Made by a program: the position numbers and the translations under genes. Shown here piece after piece: positions 1-13,300 of a stretch of 64,000 nt of DNA. The DNA lies in contig OZ037768.1 of NCBI GenBank assembly GCA_964035545.1, forward strand, positions 19,947,700-20,011,699, given 5' to 3'. Below the pieces are notes generated by a model, which searched no databases, had not been told where the DNA came from, and saw nothing but the letters and a program-made list of their open reading frames with translations. Source of the stretch: Bugula neritina (taxonomy: Eukaryota > Animalia > Bryozoa). Numbering within the stretch: the stretch's first letter is position 1; every line of letters starts with the position of its first letter.

Positions 1-580
1 TGCACCATGCCTCTTTATGATGTCATCATATAAATAAATTGCTCTTTTTATATTGAAATATTTAATATCTTACTTATTTTGGAATGCAGCTAGCATTACC
101 AGTACATCTAAATAATAAACAAGGGAATTACCAGTCCTTATTAAATGTACTGTGCTGTCACATGTGTTAGGCTATTCGATTTGTTTCATAATTATAAAAT
201 AATTGTTTATATTTATGTATATTTTCAAAGCAAGACGTGTTGTTTATAAGCTAAAAATTGAAATGATTTAGCGAAAATTATGTTCACTTCTTTTATGAGA
301 TCAAGTTGCCAGTAATATTACAGTGACATTTTTAAATTTTAAGAATAAATTCCTACAGCTGTTCAATTATTCAAGCTTCTCACACCGAAACTAATCATAT
401 TTTTAGTGCAATAGTCTACAGGCTTTGGCAGCACATATTAAAAAAGGCTAGCTTCTAGTACTTAAACTTTAGTTTCATCAAAAATTTAAATTAAAAAATA
501 AATTTTGTCAAATCCTTAAGAGCAATGAGGCATGCTGTGTAATAAGACCAAATTCTAAATTTGAAGGATTTTTTCTGTAG

Positions 581-3500
581 CTGTGAACAACACCTGTCTG
601 TCATCCGATCTCAGGCTGTCCCAGCTGATCTCCTCCGCTAATGTCTCTATCCAACGGATACCCTCCTACTCCTACACTGGTTATGGCCTGCCTGCTTCCT
701 GTGGAAAAGATAAGATTGGCGTTTCTCCTAATGGCACATACGTTCCGTATGAGGTGCTCTCTTGCATGTAAGTACCTATTAGTAACATATACAGCATGTA
801 AATACCTGTTAGTAATATATACAGCATGTAAATACATATTACTAATATATACAGCATGTAAATACATATTACTAATATATACAGCATGTAAATACATATT
901 ACTAATATATACAGCATGTAAATACCTATTAGTAATATATACAGCATGTAAATACCTATTAGTAATATATACAGCATGTAAATACATATTAAAAATATAT
1001 ACAGCATGTAAATACATATTAGTAATATATACAGCATGTAAATACTTGTTAGGAATATATATATAGCATGTAAATACCTATTAGTAATATATACAGCTTG
1101 TAAATGCATATTAGTAATATATAAAGCATGTAAGTACCTATTAGTAATATATAAAGCATGTAAGTACCTATTAGTAATATATACAGCATGTAAATACCTA
1201 TTAGTAATATATACAGCATGTAAATACCTATTCCTAATATACACAGCATGTAAATACCTGTTAGGAATATATAAAGCATGTAAGTACCTATTAGTAATAT
1301 ATAGCATGTTTAAAGATTCGCATTCAGTTTCTAGACTGTAGTTTGAGTTGAAATGATTTCCTGTACAAGACATGGTAGTCGAGTTCATCTCTTGCCATCT
1401 ATACAACTTGCTTACTAGTTTTATACCATTTATGTAGGCCTTCCACAACTAGCTGGGAGCGAAGTGATGCTGCCAATTCCATCAATGAGTGCATTGCCAT
1501 TGACTCAGCCAATAGGAACCTGGCTCTCATGAGGCCCACCACTCAGAGCTCCACTTCCACAGGAAATGCCAACGTAGCTGTTGACGGTGTGACTAACTTC
1601 ACTTCAGGTGGAGACGTCTATACCTCAACCCTCTCCGCACCAAACCAGTGGTGGCGAGTAGATCTCGGCCTAATTGTTGGACTTACAGATATCATTCTGG
1701 TTTTCCCCAACAATGAAGGTAAGACAACTTCCCTCAACACTATTAGCTAATATTTGCCTAGAGCCATTGGCGAGGGTGCTGTAGTTATCTATGGTGCTGA
1801 AAAACTAAAGTAAGCTTTATTTGTCAGTTATAGATGCAACATTATTAAATATGCTGTCACCAAGTTGTATTAATCATGTATACAATATAAAATATTGCCT
1901 ATTACGTTGTTTTGTTATCAAACTTACATTAAAGATATGGTATTGGTGTGCAAAGTCTTGGTAAACATCAGTTAAATCTAAAAAATGTTATGGAAAGCTA
2001 CAATCTTCACATTGTTATGTTTGAAAATTTTGTATGATTTTGATTACATTTTATCTTCATTCGTGTTGTGTCATGTTTACATGTTGTGTGCTCATAGCCC
2101 TGTACAAGCACACGCACCGAATCCTCGTCCTAACATCAGTAGTGAGGCTCACTGACACCGACCCATCTCCCGACGACTTAGACTGGACAGTCTCCCATCT
2201 CTACTCTCGGATCCCTGACGGCCAGCGTCTCCTCCTTCCAGTTGCACCTGAAGTACCTGCCAGGCATGTGGCACTTCTCTCTACGCTGAGCCAGGGGTTA
2301 GCTTTCCAAGAAGTTGAGGTATATGGGACAGGTGGGTGAAATAAATACAGAACTGAAAAATAATTTGTTACCTATAAGCTACAGAATATACGTAACTTTA
2401 AATATGTTGGAGTGGAGGCAATATTTTTACAAAAAATAAATATATATATTTTTATAACTTATAATTTTTCCTCATGTTTTTACTCACTTCTATTTTTACT
2501 GTAACAGGTTTTAATGATATAAAAAAAAGAGATGTGCTGAATAGTCAGTGGTTGTTAGTGGTTAATGGCGTATGTATTGCTTAGGCCTTAGGTCTTGCGT
2601 CTATATTGCGTCTGTATTTCATAGGCATTTATATTGTGTATGTACTGCGCATGCATTGCATATATATTGTGTATGTATTGCTTATGACCTCATTTAGAGA
2701 ACATTGCCATGTTCAAGCCTACTGTAAGCAGTCTGTACGAAGAATACTGGTACTCTCGGAGAGTTACTGATGATGTCATTGGTGATGAGTACTACTTCAA
2801 GTCTGTTGAAGGGAGTGGCCAGTGGATAATGATTGACTTGTTGGACATGTACTGGTTGATTTCAACTCACGTGTTTCCATCTGGTAATCACTTCCTTCCT
2901 TCAATCTGTTTACAGTGACTCAATTTACCAAATTTTTACTTGATTGGAATGTATGAACTAAATAGCATTTTAATAGTTTGAAAGCATCAGAAGAAGTCAT
3001 ATGTCTTGTTTATCTAGCTTTAATAGTTTTTTTCAAATTGAATAACTGTTTGGTCATTTAGATTATTAGTATGAAGTAACGTATGTATAAGTTCTTGGAA
3101 AAGAGGAAGCTTCTATTTGTAAATTGTAGCTGTTTATATATCCGCTTTCACAAGCCGTGTTAAACTTGTTGTGTTGTATGATACTTTCCTTTATGTGATA
3201 TTTAGTAACATTTAAAGCAAACTATGTCTGTTGCAGAGGAGCTGAACGACGGTGGTAACTTCACTGTGCACGTAACAGCTGACCAGGAGCTGGCCTACTG
3301 GAGTATTAATCCAGCCTCAATGAGGTTCACGTATCACCTAGTTCGCTCTGTCGAGGAAAACCACGTCACTTTCAACAAGACTACTCTAGCTAGAACAGTT
3401 GCTTTTCACTCTACCAGCCCTCTCGGCTTGGCCTTAGAAGAGATTGTCATCTTTGGTGAACAAGTCACCGGTATGTAGACCATCCTCCTCCGGGAATAGA

Positions 3501-4382
3501 ACTATATAATTGGTTGCTATAACTCGTTGATTGCGCACAAACATGTTCAACATTCATTATCATGTGTCATCCAATAGAAGCAGGTTGAATGTCATGGATT
3601 TCTATTTGCATTTGTCTTCTGCCATTCATACACACTCTGCGTTTGCTGTACTGGTGTAGCATTTAGAGTTAGGCTGACATCAGAGCAAGTTATTTGATTG
3701 GCTGTGCTTGTATTCTATAGGCTCTCTTCTCACGGACTCTAATGTCACGTTTCTCGCCGGGTACAGCGGTAACAACGCCAAGCTAGCAACTGACGGTCTG
3801 CTCGGGACCATTGCCCTCTCTTACAGAAGGTCATATTCGTGGATGAATGTGAGACTCGGTCAGAACTATCTGGTGGAAAACATGATGGTATTCTGGAACT
3901 TCTCTCTCCAGCATGGTCAGTACACTTAGTATTGAGTACCAATGTCTTGTCGTATGTGACTAGTTGGCTATACTATCTGATTGTGAGAATGATTGATAGA
4001 ATATCAACAAGGAAAATATTGAGTCTATTAAAGATTACTCTTTGTTTTTAAATATAGTTGCTTGTTGTATGTGATATTATGTACTGTACTGTATTAGTTT
4101 ACCTTCAGAAATAACTTAGAGTGCTGTAAAACATCCTAAGTTACATATTTGCCATGTTTACAGACACACCCATTCGCCAGACTTTGGTCTACACCACACA
4201 TTTGTCTGCTGCACCATCTAACCACACCTATGGTACCTTCTGGACTCTTGATTTCAATCAGACGAGGGATAGTCTAGCTCAGTATTTCTCCTATGAAAAA
4301 AGTCGCTATGCCAGAGACGTAAGGATCGTACTGACCGGTACTGATATACTCAGGATCAGAGAAATCATGATCTTTGGACAAG
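581..4382 (+). CDS. Unit 1: sushi-like exon followed by three FTP (F-type lectin-like) domains
   Basis: Exons 581-767, 1438-1718, 2098-2331, 2698-2883, 3237-3470, 3721-3915, 4164-4382; e.g. NLALMRPTTQSSTSTGNANVAVDG...NQWWRVDLG and PARHVALL...LAFQEVEVYG. Confidence 0.85.
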
Positions 4383-7300
4383 GTAGTGTGGATTCTTCTA
4401 CATTGTTAGCTACTCTAATGATGATTACTATATAATATTTTAAATATCTGTGTACTATATACTGCAAAATTTCTCTAATACATTACTCACCAATATCTCT
4501 TCAGTTAAACTGCCAGAACAGTAAACTCTTATTTGTATGTCGACTTATAGGTTTAGTAAATTATTTTATATTTCAAATTTACTGGCTGCATGGAACGTTT
4601 AGATTCAAACCAGGCTTCTGCTACACCCATGGGTTGGCCTGGTTGGTTATCACTTTACCTAGCGGTAATGCTCTGATGCTCCTCTAAATAATTTGTATTT
4701 CAAATAGTTGTATTGATAAATCATGGAATATTAGCCAGTGTAGGTTTGTTGGTTTGTGTCATGTTAGCCTAATATTATTTAACTCGGTAAGAGTATCACC
4801 GTTTACTTTGTATATACTCTTTACCTAATGCACTTACTTCTAGGAAAATTACGTTTTAATAAATGTGTTCATTTAATTTACCAGCTACATATTTCTTGTT
4901 TTAGCTGATAATTCAAGTGTATGCCTGATAGAGGATATTGATTCGGAACTCCCTGAAGTTTATATTGATAGTAAGATTATACTAGAGTCAGTGTCTGACT
5001 ATATCCGGACGGGAGAGAATATTTCTCTTGTCTGTCCTCAAGGTCAAGGTTTCAACACATCGTCTCAAGATCTCTCATTGGTTGAAACTCTAGTTTGCTC
5101 GTGAGTGCTCATTTTGTTTTGTATATTCTTATCTGCAATTCAAGCACCCAGAAAGCTACAGTTTTTAATATGAATTCTCATATGAAGAATAGTGTGGTGT
5201 ATGTTTTTAAAACTTCTCATTTGGGGGGGGGGGTATGTATTTACCACCTGAACATGATAGCATTATGGTGAGAATATGGGGCTATGTATAATGTTGAAGC
5301 TGTGAGTTAACCTTATATTTCATGTGTTTAACTATGTATGTTACCACTGTTTACTTGTTGCAGGTATGACTATAGATGGAGCACTGCTGCATCCGATTCT
5401 GTTCCATGTTCAGGTACGCCATTTTCTCATAGTATTTATATAAAAGTTTGCTGTGTATTTTGTCATTGCAACTGTTTAGTTTCAGTGATTTGAACCTATT
5501 AGGATGTACAGTACTAGACAGATTAAAGATAGAAAAAATCACGTTGCTAAAACGTCACACTCACTCTCGGTTTAACACAAATAATTCTTTGTTACATTTT
5601 TAAAGTTACTTTTTTAGGTTTCAGTATCATGAGCATCTCCTAGAAACATTTATACAATATTATTATTTATTATTCTTATATTATTATTTTGTTAATGTTG
5701 TAGAGTGTTCCTTTACAGCAGTTGATGTTTAGGGCTTTAGTAAATACAGGATTTCATATCCTCACTGACTATGGTGTCGTACTATTACATAACTCTTATA
5801 TAGTCAGCACTGTCACAGCTCTGCATGTAAACATAGGTTTGCTGTATTTAGTGTTTTTATAATAATATAAGTGAGTTTGCTTTACAGAAATAGTCTGCCA
5901 GCCCCCTGAGGTGTTGTACGATTTCCCTGGCTATTACACTAGCGACAACCTTATCCCATTGAACGCCACCATTTTCCTTCGGTGTGGAAATGGAGTGTTC
6001 TACAAGTCTCGGTGTCTTGAGAATGGCAATCTTAGGATCGGCCATTGGATTCCTCCCCTGGATTGTGGTAAGTGTTACGGCACTTGTTAGCTTTGCGTGT
6101 GGGTAATTGAAGTACGAGTATTGCGTTGTTTTCTGACTGTAAACATGTTTCATATAGTTTACTTGTATTGCATTTATTTAAAATCTCTGATAGATTTCTG
6201 GTGTAGTTTTGTAATAAAAATTGTACTAATAGTTACTTGTATGTAAAAATTGAAAACCTGAAAAAATGGCTTTAAAGATAAATGCGGTATACTTTATTGG
6301 TTTCAAATTAAAATTCGTATTCTTGCACCTTTGAAAACTTAGCATTATCTCAATGAGTTTATAAATATCATTTACTTTATTTGGTGAAATATGTTTAATC
6401 TGCTACCCACAGAGTACAGAGAGTGTTCTCTGGCTGAACAGCCTCACATCTGGCAAGCAGAGTTAGAAAGACACAGGCTATCCATTTTCTCTGATTCTAT
6501 TGAAACTGGTGTGAAAATCAACTCGACTATCGAGTTTGTGTGTCAGAGTGGTTTCTCCGGTAACTCTTCTTACTACGTCTGCACCGTGTAAGTATAATAC
6601 GTCTGCACTGTAAAATACGTCTGCACTGTGGAAGTGAAAGTGTCTGCACTGTGTAATACGTCTGCACTGTGTAATACGTCTTCACTATATAATATGTCTG
6701 CACTGTGTAATACGTCTGCACTGTAGAAGTGAAAGTGTCTGCACTGTGTAATACGTCTGCACTGTGTAATACGTCTTCACTATATAATATGTCTGCACTG
6801 TGTAATACGTCTGCACTGTAGAAGTGAAAGCGTCTGCACTGTGTAAATATGATACATTTGAATCATGTTGATCTCATCACTGTTTCGTGTTTCCAATTTG
6901 CTAACATTGCTAAGCGACTCATTAGATAATGGAATCTATAACTCTGTTGATTTAACTGGATAGCTAGGCAAACCTCAGTTACAGAATCCATTCAACTGAA
7001 ACATGAAAAGTGACAATTTTGTTATTCTTATAAATTATTGGTTAAATTATATATGCCTAGAAGTTAATTTTCTATTGTTTTTGTGATTTATATTATTATT
7101 ATATTATATTATTTTACGTTATTTTTTCAGAGATTCATCTGCAAAACCTGTTCTTTCTCCACTTAGTGAAAACATGTCGTCTTGCCAGCGTAAGTGTTTC
7201 TATATAGCTCACGCATTTCTGATTACACTTTCAATTACAACTACAAGCATCAATATAATGAAAATGTTTTGAACACAACAATGCCTCTTTGCTACAGCAA

Positions 7301-10300
7301 ACATCTGTCTCGCACCATCTGTTGCTCACTACGCTGGTTACACCAAACAGTATACTGCTGACTGTATAAATGGTAACTCATGTCAAGTTGGAGAGACTGT
7401 GGAACTGAAGTGTGCAGATGAGGAAACAGAAACTCTGAATAAACACATCTGTGAGAGTTCTTCTAATCAGACTGACTGGTTCCCTCAGCTCACCTGTGGT
7501 AAGTTCTCTATTTGGAATGCAATTCTTTTTTTTAACAAAGCATCATTGGCTATGTCAAACACAGCTGTTCTCCGTAAGATGGTTATACTATTTTTCTGCC
7601 GCCGCTTTTGCAAGCAACTTCATTTGTAGTGTATTGGAGGTATTATTCATGCTTACTATTAGGGTTTTATTCAACAAGACCCATAATACTGAAATACTTT
7701 TTTTCTAGCCTGTTTTCAGCCAAATTCTTAAATTGCAAGTCCAGATTCTCTAATTGATAAATCACTTTTAAGCTATGCATTTGCACCATTGTGTGAAGTC
7801 ATGTGCGATTCATATACCTCTTTGGAATAAAAATTAAATATATGATAATTTATGTGCTTTTACATTACTTTACTCAATTTGGAAAAGGGCAATATAAACT
7901 GGTTACTAAATGTATCGTATTATGGTAGCATGGTACGTGCTTTTACAAGTGCTACATAATGGTAACTGGAACAAGGAAATTGTTGTTATTTTTACTGCAA
8001 CACCAGATAATATGCGTTATTATGTTACAGAACTCCCCTGTTCAGCTCCAGTGCCACTCTTTGGCTATAGCTGTGAAGTGGGAAGGGAAGGTTTAGAATC
8101 TCAAGGTCAGAGGTTTCCTAATGGCACAACGTTTCCATGTGGCTGTTCAGCGGGATTTAAAGCTGGTGAGAATATTTACCTTTTTAGCTGCTGTCATATA
8201 GACTAGTATGTATATATAAGCTATTTATGTTTACCGCCTTTTTCAATAAGAGCACATCACTCGACTCTAATTTGTAATTTGATGTATTTGCAGTGAGCGG
8301 TCTTAGCTCATCTTTCATAACATGTGATGGACAATCCGGAAACTGGATACTAACTTCTTCATCTTCATGCTTGTGTAAGTTTAGTTTTTAAATTTTTCTT
8401 TAGGTATGAATGTTCCACATGCATTTTTCAAATGATGACCATTCATGTTTAATTTGTTTAATCTATTTTTCCAATTTTTTGATAACCTGATTTAAAATAC
8501 ATCTACATATCAGGCCATTTTTTGTTGGATATTGTCAGACCATAAAGCAGCTTCACATGTTAAATATAATAAGATATACGATGCAAAATTGATTACACGA
8601 GTTGTTAAAAGATATAAATGCAAAGGTGATGACACGGAGTATTTGAAGGTGTACATAGAGAGTTATTTATTAGAACAATATGTATGTTGAGGGTATGCGT
8701 TGAGGGTAAATGCTGAAGAGGACATCTTGGAGGGTATATGTTTGAGGGCATACATTGAAGTATATGTGTTGGAGTATTTATACATCTGCCACCTCTTTTT
8801 AGTGGAAGCAGAGCATGTTGAGCATCATAACCACTCACAGATGATCTTCACACAAGTTGGTTCAAAACACATTCTGGCAGTTCTGTGCGACACCGGCTTT
8901 TACCTGGAAACTAACTTTCCTAAAAGGATGGCTTTGATTGAGCTTCCACCAGTCGGCTCGCCTTTTCAGCTCAGTTTCAGATGTCTGCGTAAGTGTGTTT
9001 TTGGATAAAACCATGCTTCCACTAGCAGTATGTTTTCAGCACTAGGACATTGCGTCAATTATTATACCTTTTTATACTTATTATCTTCACCGTTGGTTGA
9101 TGATTTCAGCTGGATGTACGGATACTGACCTTTTGTCTAAAACAGCAAACCTCACACTCACGCCAAGACAGAGCATGTATAGACCGAGTGCATTTAGTGT
9201 AGCAGCTCTCGGGTGCGAAGGCTCACTGGAACTCACACTCCTTCCAGGTACAACAGCTACAGTTTTTCTGCGTGGTGCACATATTTAACGTGTGGCTCAA
9301 CAAACAATTGGCTGCCTCTTAGATCATTTTCAATGTTTTTTAATTATGTTATCGTCTAATATTGGGGTTATTCTGTTGTTTTCTCAGTCTCTGAGCGATT
9401 TGTACGCTGCATGCTCTCTACGGCTAATGATACTCTTGCTGCTACCTGGGAGAAACCAGCCATTGATAAGATGGTTTGCACAAGTAAGTAGGAATTTGTA
9501 ACATCAATGTGGTGTCAAAGGTTTTGTCTAACTAGTAGAGTGTGGTATTATAAAATAATATTTTCATTCATTTTGTTCTTTATCAAATTGGATGAATAAC
9601 GCTACTAATATAACATTAATATTATGTCAAGGAAGCTAAATTACTTTTAGTAGTTTTATAAAAACAAAAGCAATGTTCATAAAAAAACACAGTTTCTTTA
9701 GATTTTTCATTTGTTACAGTGTCGTCACCAGAAAAATCATTATGTTGTACTTAATGTAGATAGCATGATCATTATAACTATAAATGTCGTACATGTATAT
9801 AATTTGTTGTATTACTTTTCAATAATTGTGAAAAGCTGGTGCCGAATATATTCAGACAATGACAGGAGACCTTCTCTAATTTAAGATAATTAAAAGTTAT
9901 AGATGAGTAATATAAAATGGCCATGTTTATTAGGAGTAGCCAATGAAAGTGGTGTGACACAAAGGATGACAGCAAAGACACACGGACCATTGAAATTCGC
10001 TGACCTCATACGACTGCTGAATGTGCAGCCTCGGCACATCACCGTCAGCTCACAGTCGCGCAGCAGAAATCTCCTCATAGACTTCATTCTGAATGAGGAT
10101 TGGATCTCTGACTCCAGCAACGAGGAATGGATTGTGATTAATCTCCATAATTATTTCACCATCATGTCTTTCCATCTGTACTCCAGGACATGGCGTGAGT
10201 GTCTGTCTAGACCAATAATATCTAAGTGTAGCATCAACTCTCCGCTGCTCTTTGGGTTTTGACACAATTTTATTATCACGTATCACATGTTTTTCTTTTA

Positions 10301-13300
10301 TTATTAAGGGTTGGACAACTGACAAACTGTTTAATCTGCAAGAACCTTTAGATGGTATGAAAAATTAATTTCTCTCGTGTCATACTTTTAGAGAATCAAA
10401 CAAACTCGGAACTTCAACTGCTCTCAACCATCATATGTGGTGAAGAGTTGCCCCCTCGTGCTAATGTCAGTCTATGGAAAACTCTTAATACTACTACACC
10501 TCCAGTAGATTCTACTGTATTAAGATATGACTACCCTCTCAGGAGTGTCTACTCTTGTAAATTGGCTATAGTTTCAGATTATGGCAGGATTCAACTGAGT
10601 GAAATTGGTATCTATGGATATGGTAAGGCATGAGATGTAATAACTACACTAACGTATTAAAAGATGGTAGCTGCATAAACTTTTGTAAATTTTGTTGAAG
10701 GCACGTGTAATATTTCTTTTTCATTTTTGCAGTCTATTTGAACCTATTTTAGGCCAATGTCTTGTCTAATGCAATGTTATCAGTATAACTTTTTAAATTC
10801 AAGGAACATTTTAGCTTCTGTTGTTTTTCACTTTGTCAAATTTTCACTACATAAGTTGCAAATTCTTGCTTTGTAGGAAATCTTATTACAAATGCTGCAT
10901 TCAACAGTAGCAGCTCCGTTGACAATGCTATTGCAGCTAATGTTGCTGATAGAATAGCCATTTCAACCAATCCAAATACATATTTCCAATCTGCTGATGT
11001 AAGTGTCCAATGGCTAGCCATGTACCTTCGTGATAGATACTTTATTCTGGATATTGTGCTGGCAGTCAATGGTAAGCATCGGTCATACTTGGTTTTGCAT
11101 TTGCGTGTGATTCCGTATAAAGATATATTTTATTGTAGTTATTGTAAAGTTTACAGAGAGAGGTAATTTTAAGTATTTGCTTGGCATGTAAACAACCTTT
11201 TGTTAATTTTTTTAGGGACCAATTTAGCGGTTTCTAGTTTAGCAGTGATCACTGATCACTTGAAACATTGAATTTCCAAACTCATGAGGCATACTTTTTT
11301 CAATTATACTTACTTTTAAGCTCTATATGCTCAAATGACAATGATCTAGCTTATGGATCCTTTATTCCAATTTTTATTTAGATCGAAATTGTTTAAGTAT
11401 TTTTGGGAACATAATATCCAATCTGGCAGCCACACATGCTTTATCACATGTATGTAGGTCTCATCATTTAAATGCTTTTCATAACTGAAGTATTGTTGTT
11501 TTGTAGAAGAAACTACAGCAAACATCTCTCTCTTCTACAAGCTGGATATAGATACTTCAGCTATTTATGAATCAGGAAACAGTATGTGGACTGATATTGG
11601 TTCCTTAAGTGTAGACTCACCAAATGTTCTGATAGTCAGTCACCCTGTGGATGTGTTTGCTAGTCACCTGGCTGTGGTTGGACAGAGTCATCATAGTCTT
11701 ATTATTAATGAGATAATGGTGTTTGGTTACACTCTCAGTAAGTCATAGCTAAATTGTGATTTGTTTGGCTGTTGCTTTAGTTGAGCCTATTTTACTGTGT
11801 CGGCTGATCAAATTTGTTCAGCACCTCATCATTTTATTATAATATTATGAATATCTTACAAATTCAATGAGTCAGAGCTGAGTGTTATAACATTGTACTG
11901 ATCTGATTTTTTGTTCATTTACAACTCAACTTATGTTACAGAAAACTTTGCTGGTGATGGTGAGACTATGCAGAGTTCAGAAGAATTGGTGGGAGTAACT
12001 GGAGCTGAGAATGCAGTTGACGGTCTGATATTTGATGAAAGTGTTTATTCTCAAACAGAATCAGGTGGACATCAGTGGTGGAGAGTGGATCTGTTGGCTT
12101 TACACAGAGTTTATTCCATTGTCATTTACTCTAGTCTGGAGGGTAAGTGGTTGTTTCGTTTTATGTTATTAGTGACCTGGCTAATTGCTTCTGCAGAATT
12201 TGCATCATTGTCGTGATAGTATATATCTAGTAGTTGAAAGTTTTGTAGTTGTCTTGTTTAACTGTAGCATTTTATTTCAGGTTCTCCAGCATCCAATATC
12301 CAAGTGATGGGTAGTCAAGGTGTAACTGCTGCAAACCCACATCTGTACAAAAATACATGGGCTATAAAACTATATAATGGTATAGCATTTGTATCTCCAT
12401 ATCGTGCCGTTCACTTGGACCAATCCAAACTACTCCGTCATGTTGCTATACTATCTGAAAAGGATGTTGGCTTACTACTGACTGAAGTAGAGCTCTTTGG
12501 AAATGGTAACCTTTTGTAATTTATGTTAAAGTTTGAAGATAATAAGTTGGAACTTTTCAAGTACACAATATTTTTATAAAAGTTATATAAATAAATAATG
12601 AAATATTGAGTTCAATTTCTAGACCTGCTAACACCCATAGTCAATAGTACTTTTTAATTTTTACTTTAAAGGGTTTTTCAGTAAATAGTTCAACTTGATT
12701 CAATTGAGTTGTCTTGCATTGTCCTCAAAATTATTATCTTGCATCGACTTTCTAGAATACAGTCAAAGGAAATGGTTAGTCTTTTTGATATCAATATTTG
12801 ACTATTTATTCTTCAAAAGCTTTATTGATTCAAGTGAAAGCATTTAAAAATTTATAATTCCATCAGCTATCAATGTCATTAAAGCTTTTTTAATGCTACT
12901 GACTATTGACTCATTATGTTTTTTTGATGGGCATCAACTACATGTATTACTAGTAAAAGTAGAGGCATCACTTGCAACATTTTGCTTATGCAGAAATATT
13001 AAGAGAGTGCAAGATTGTACTTCACCACCCATGTAAAGTTACTTGTTGTTTGTTTGTTCCAAAATTCGGGCTCATCTTCTTGAGTTTTAGTTATAAGCTG
13101 AGTTGTTTGGAAGGCCTACATTAGTTAATGATTCTGAAGACGTACTTTGAAGAAGATTTTTCTGGTGTGCCAAAATTTAATTTTGAAACTTCTTGTCACA
13201 CAATGAAGCAAAGAGTCGAAGGTTAAGAAAGTTCAATTGTATAATTTTAGATCACTTTGATATAGAATTATTTGATTTTAGATAACACCTGTGTTTTCAA

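Noticed and set aside
764-1309. CRISPR-like 30-bp repeats
   Set aside because: Head-to-tail with no spacers, eukaryotic intron context, no cas genes.
601-1448. Long ORFs with LHAVYITNRY / YTACKYLLVI repeats on both strands
   Set aside because: Translations of the 30-bp intronic minisatellite; no independent coding evidence.
5223-5233. Poly-G run as a regulatory G-quadruplex
   Set aside because: Only 11 G, not conserved in paralogous introns.
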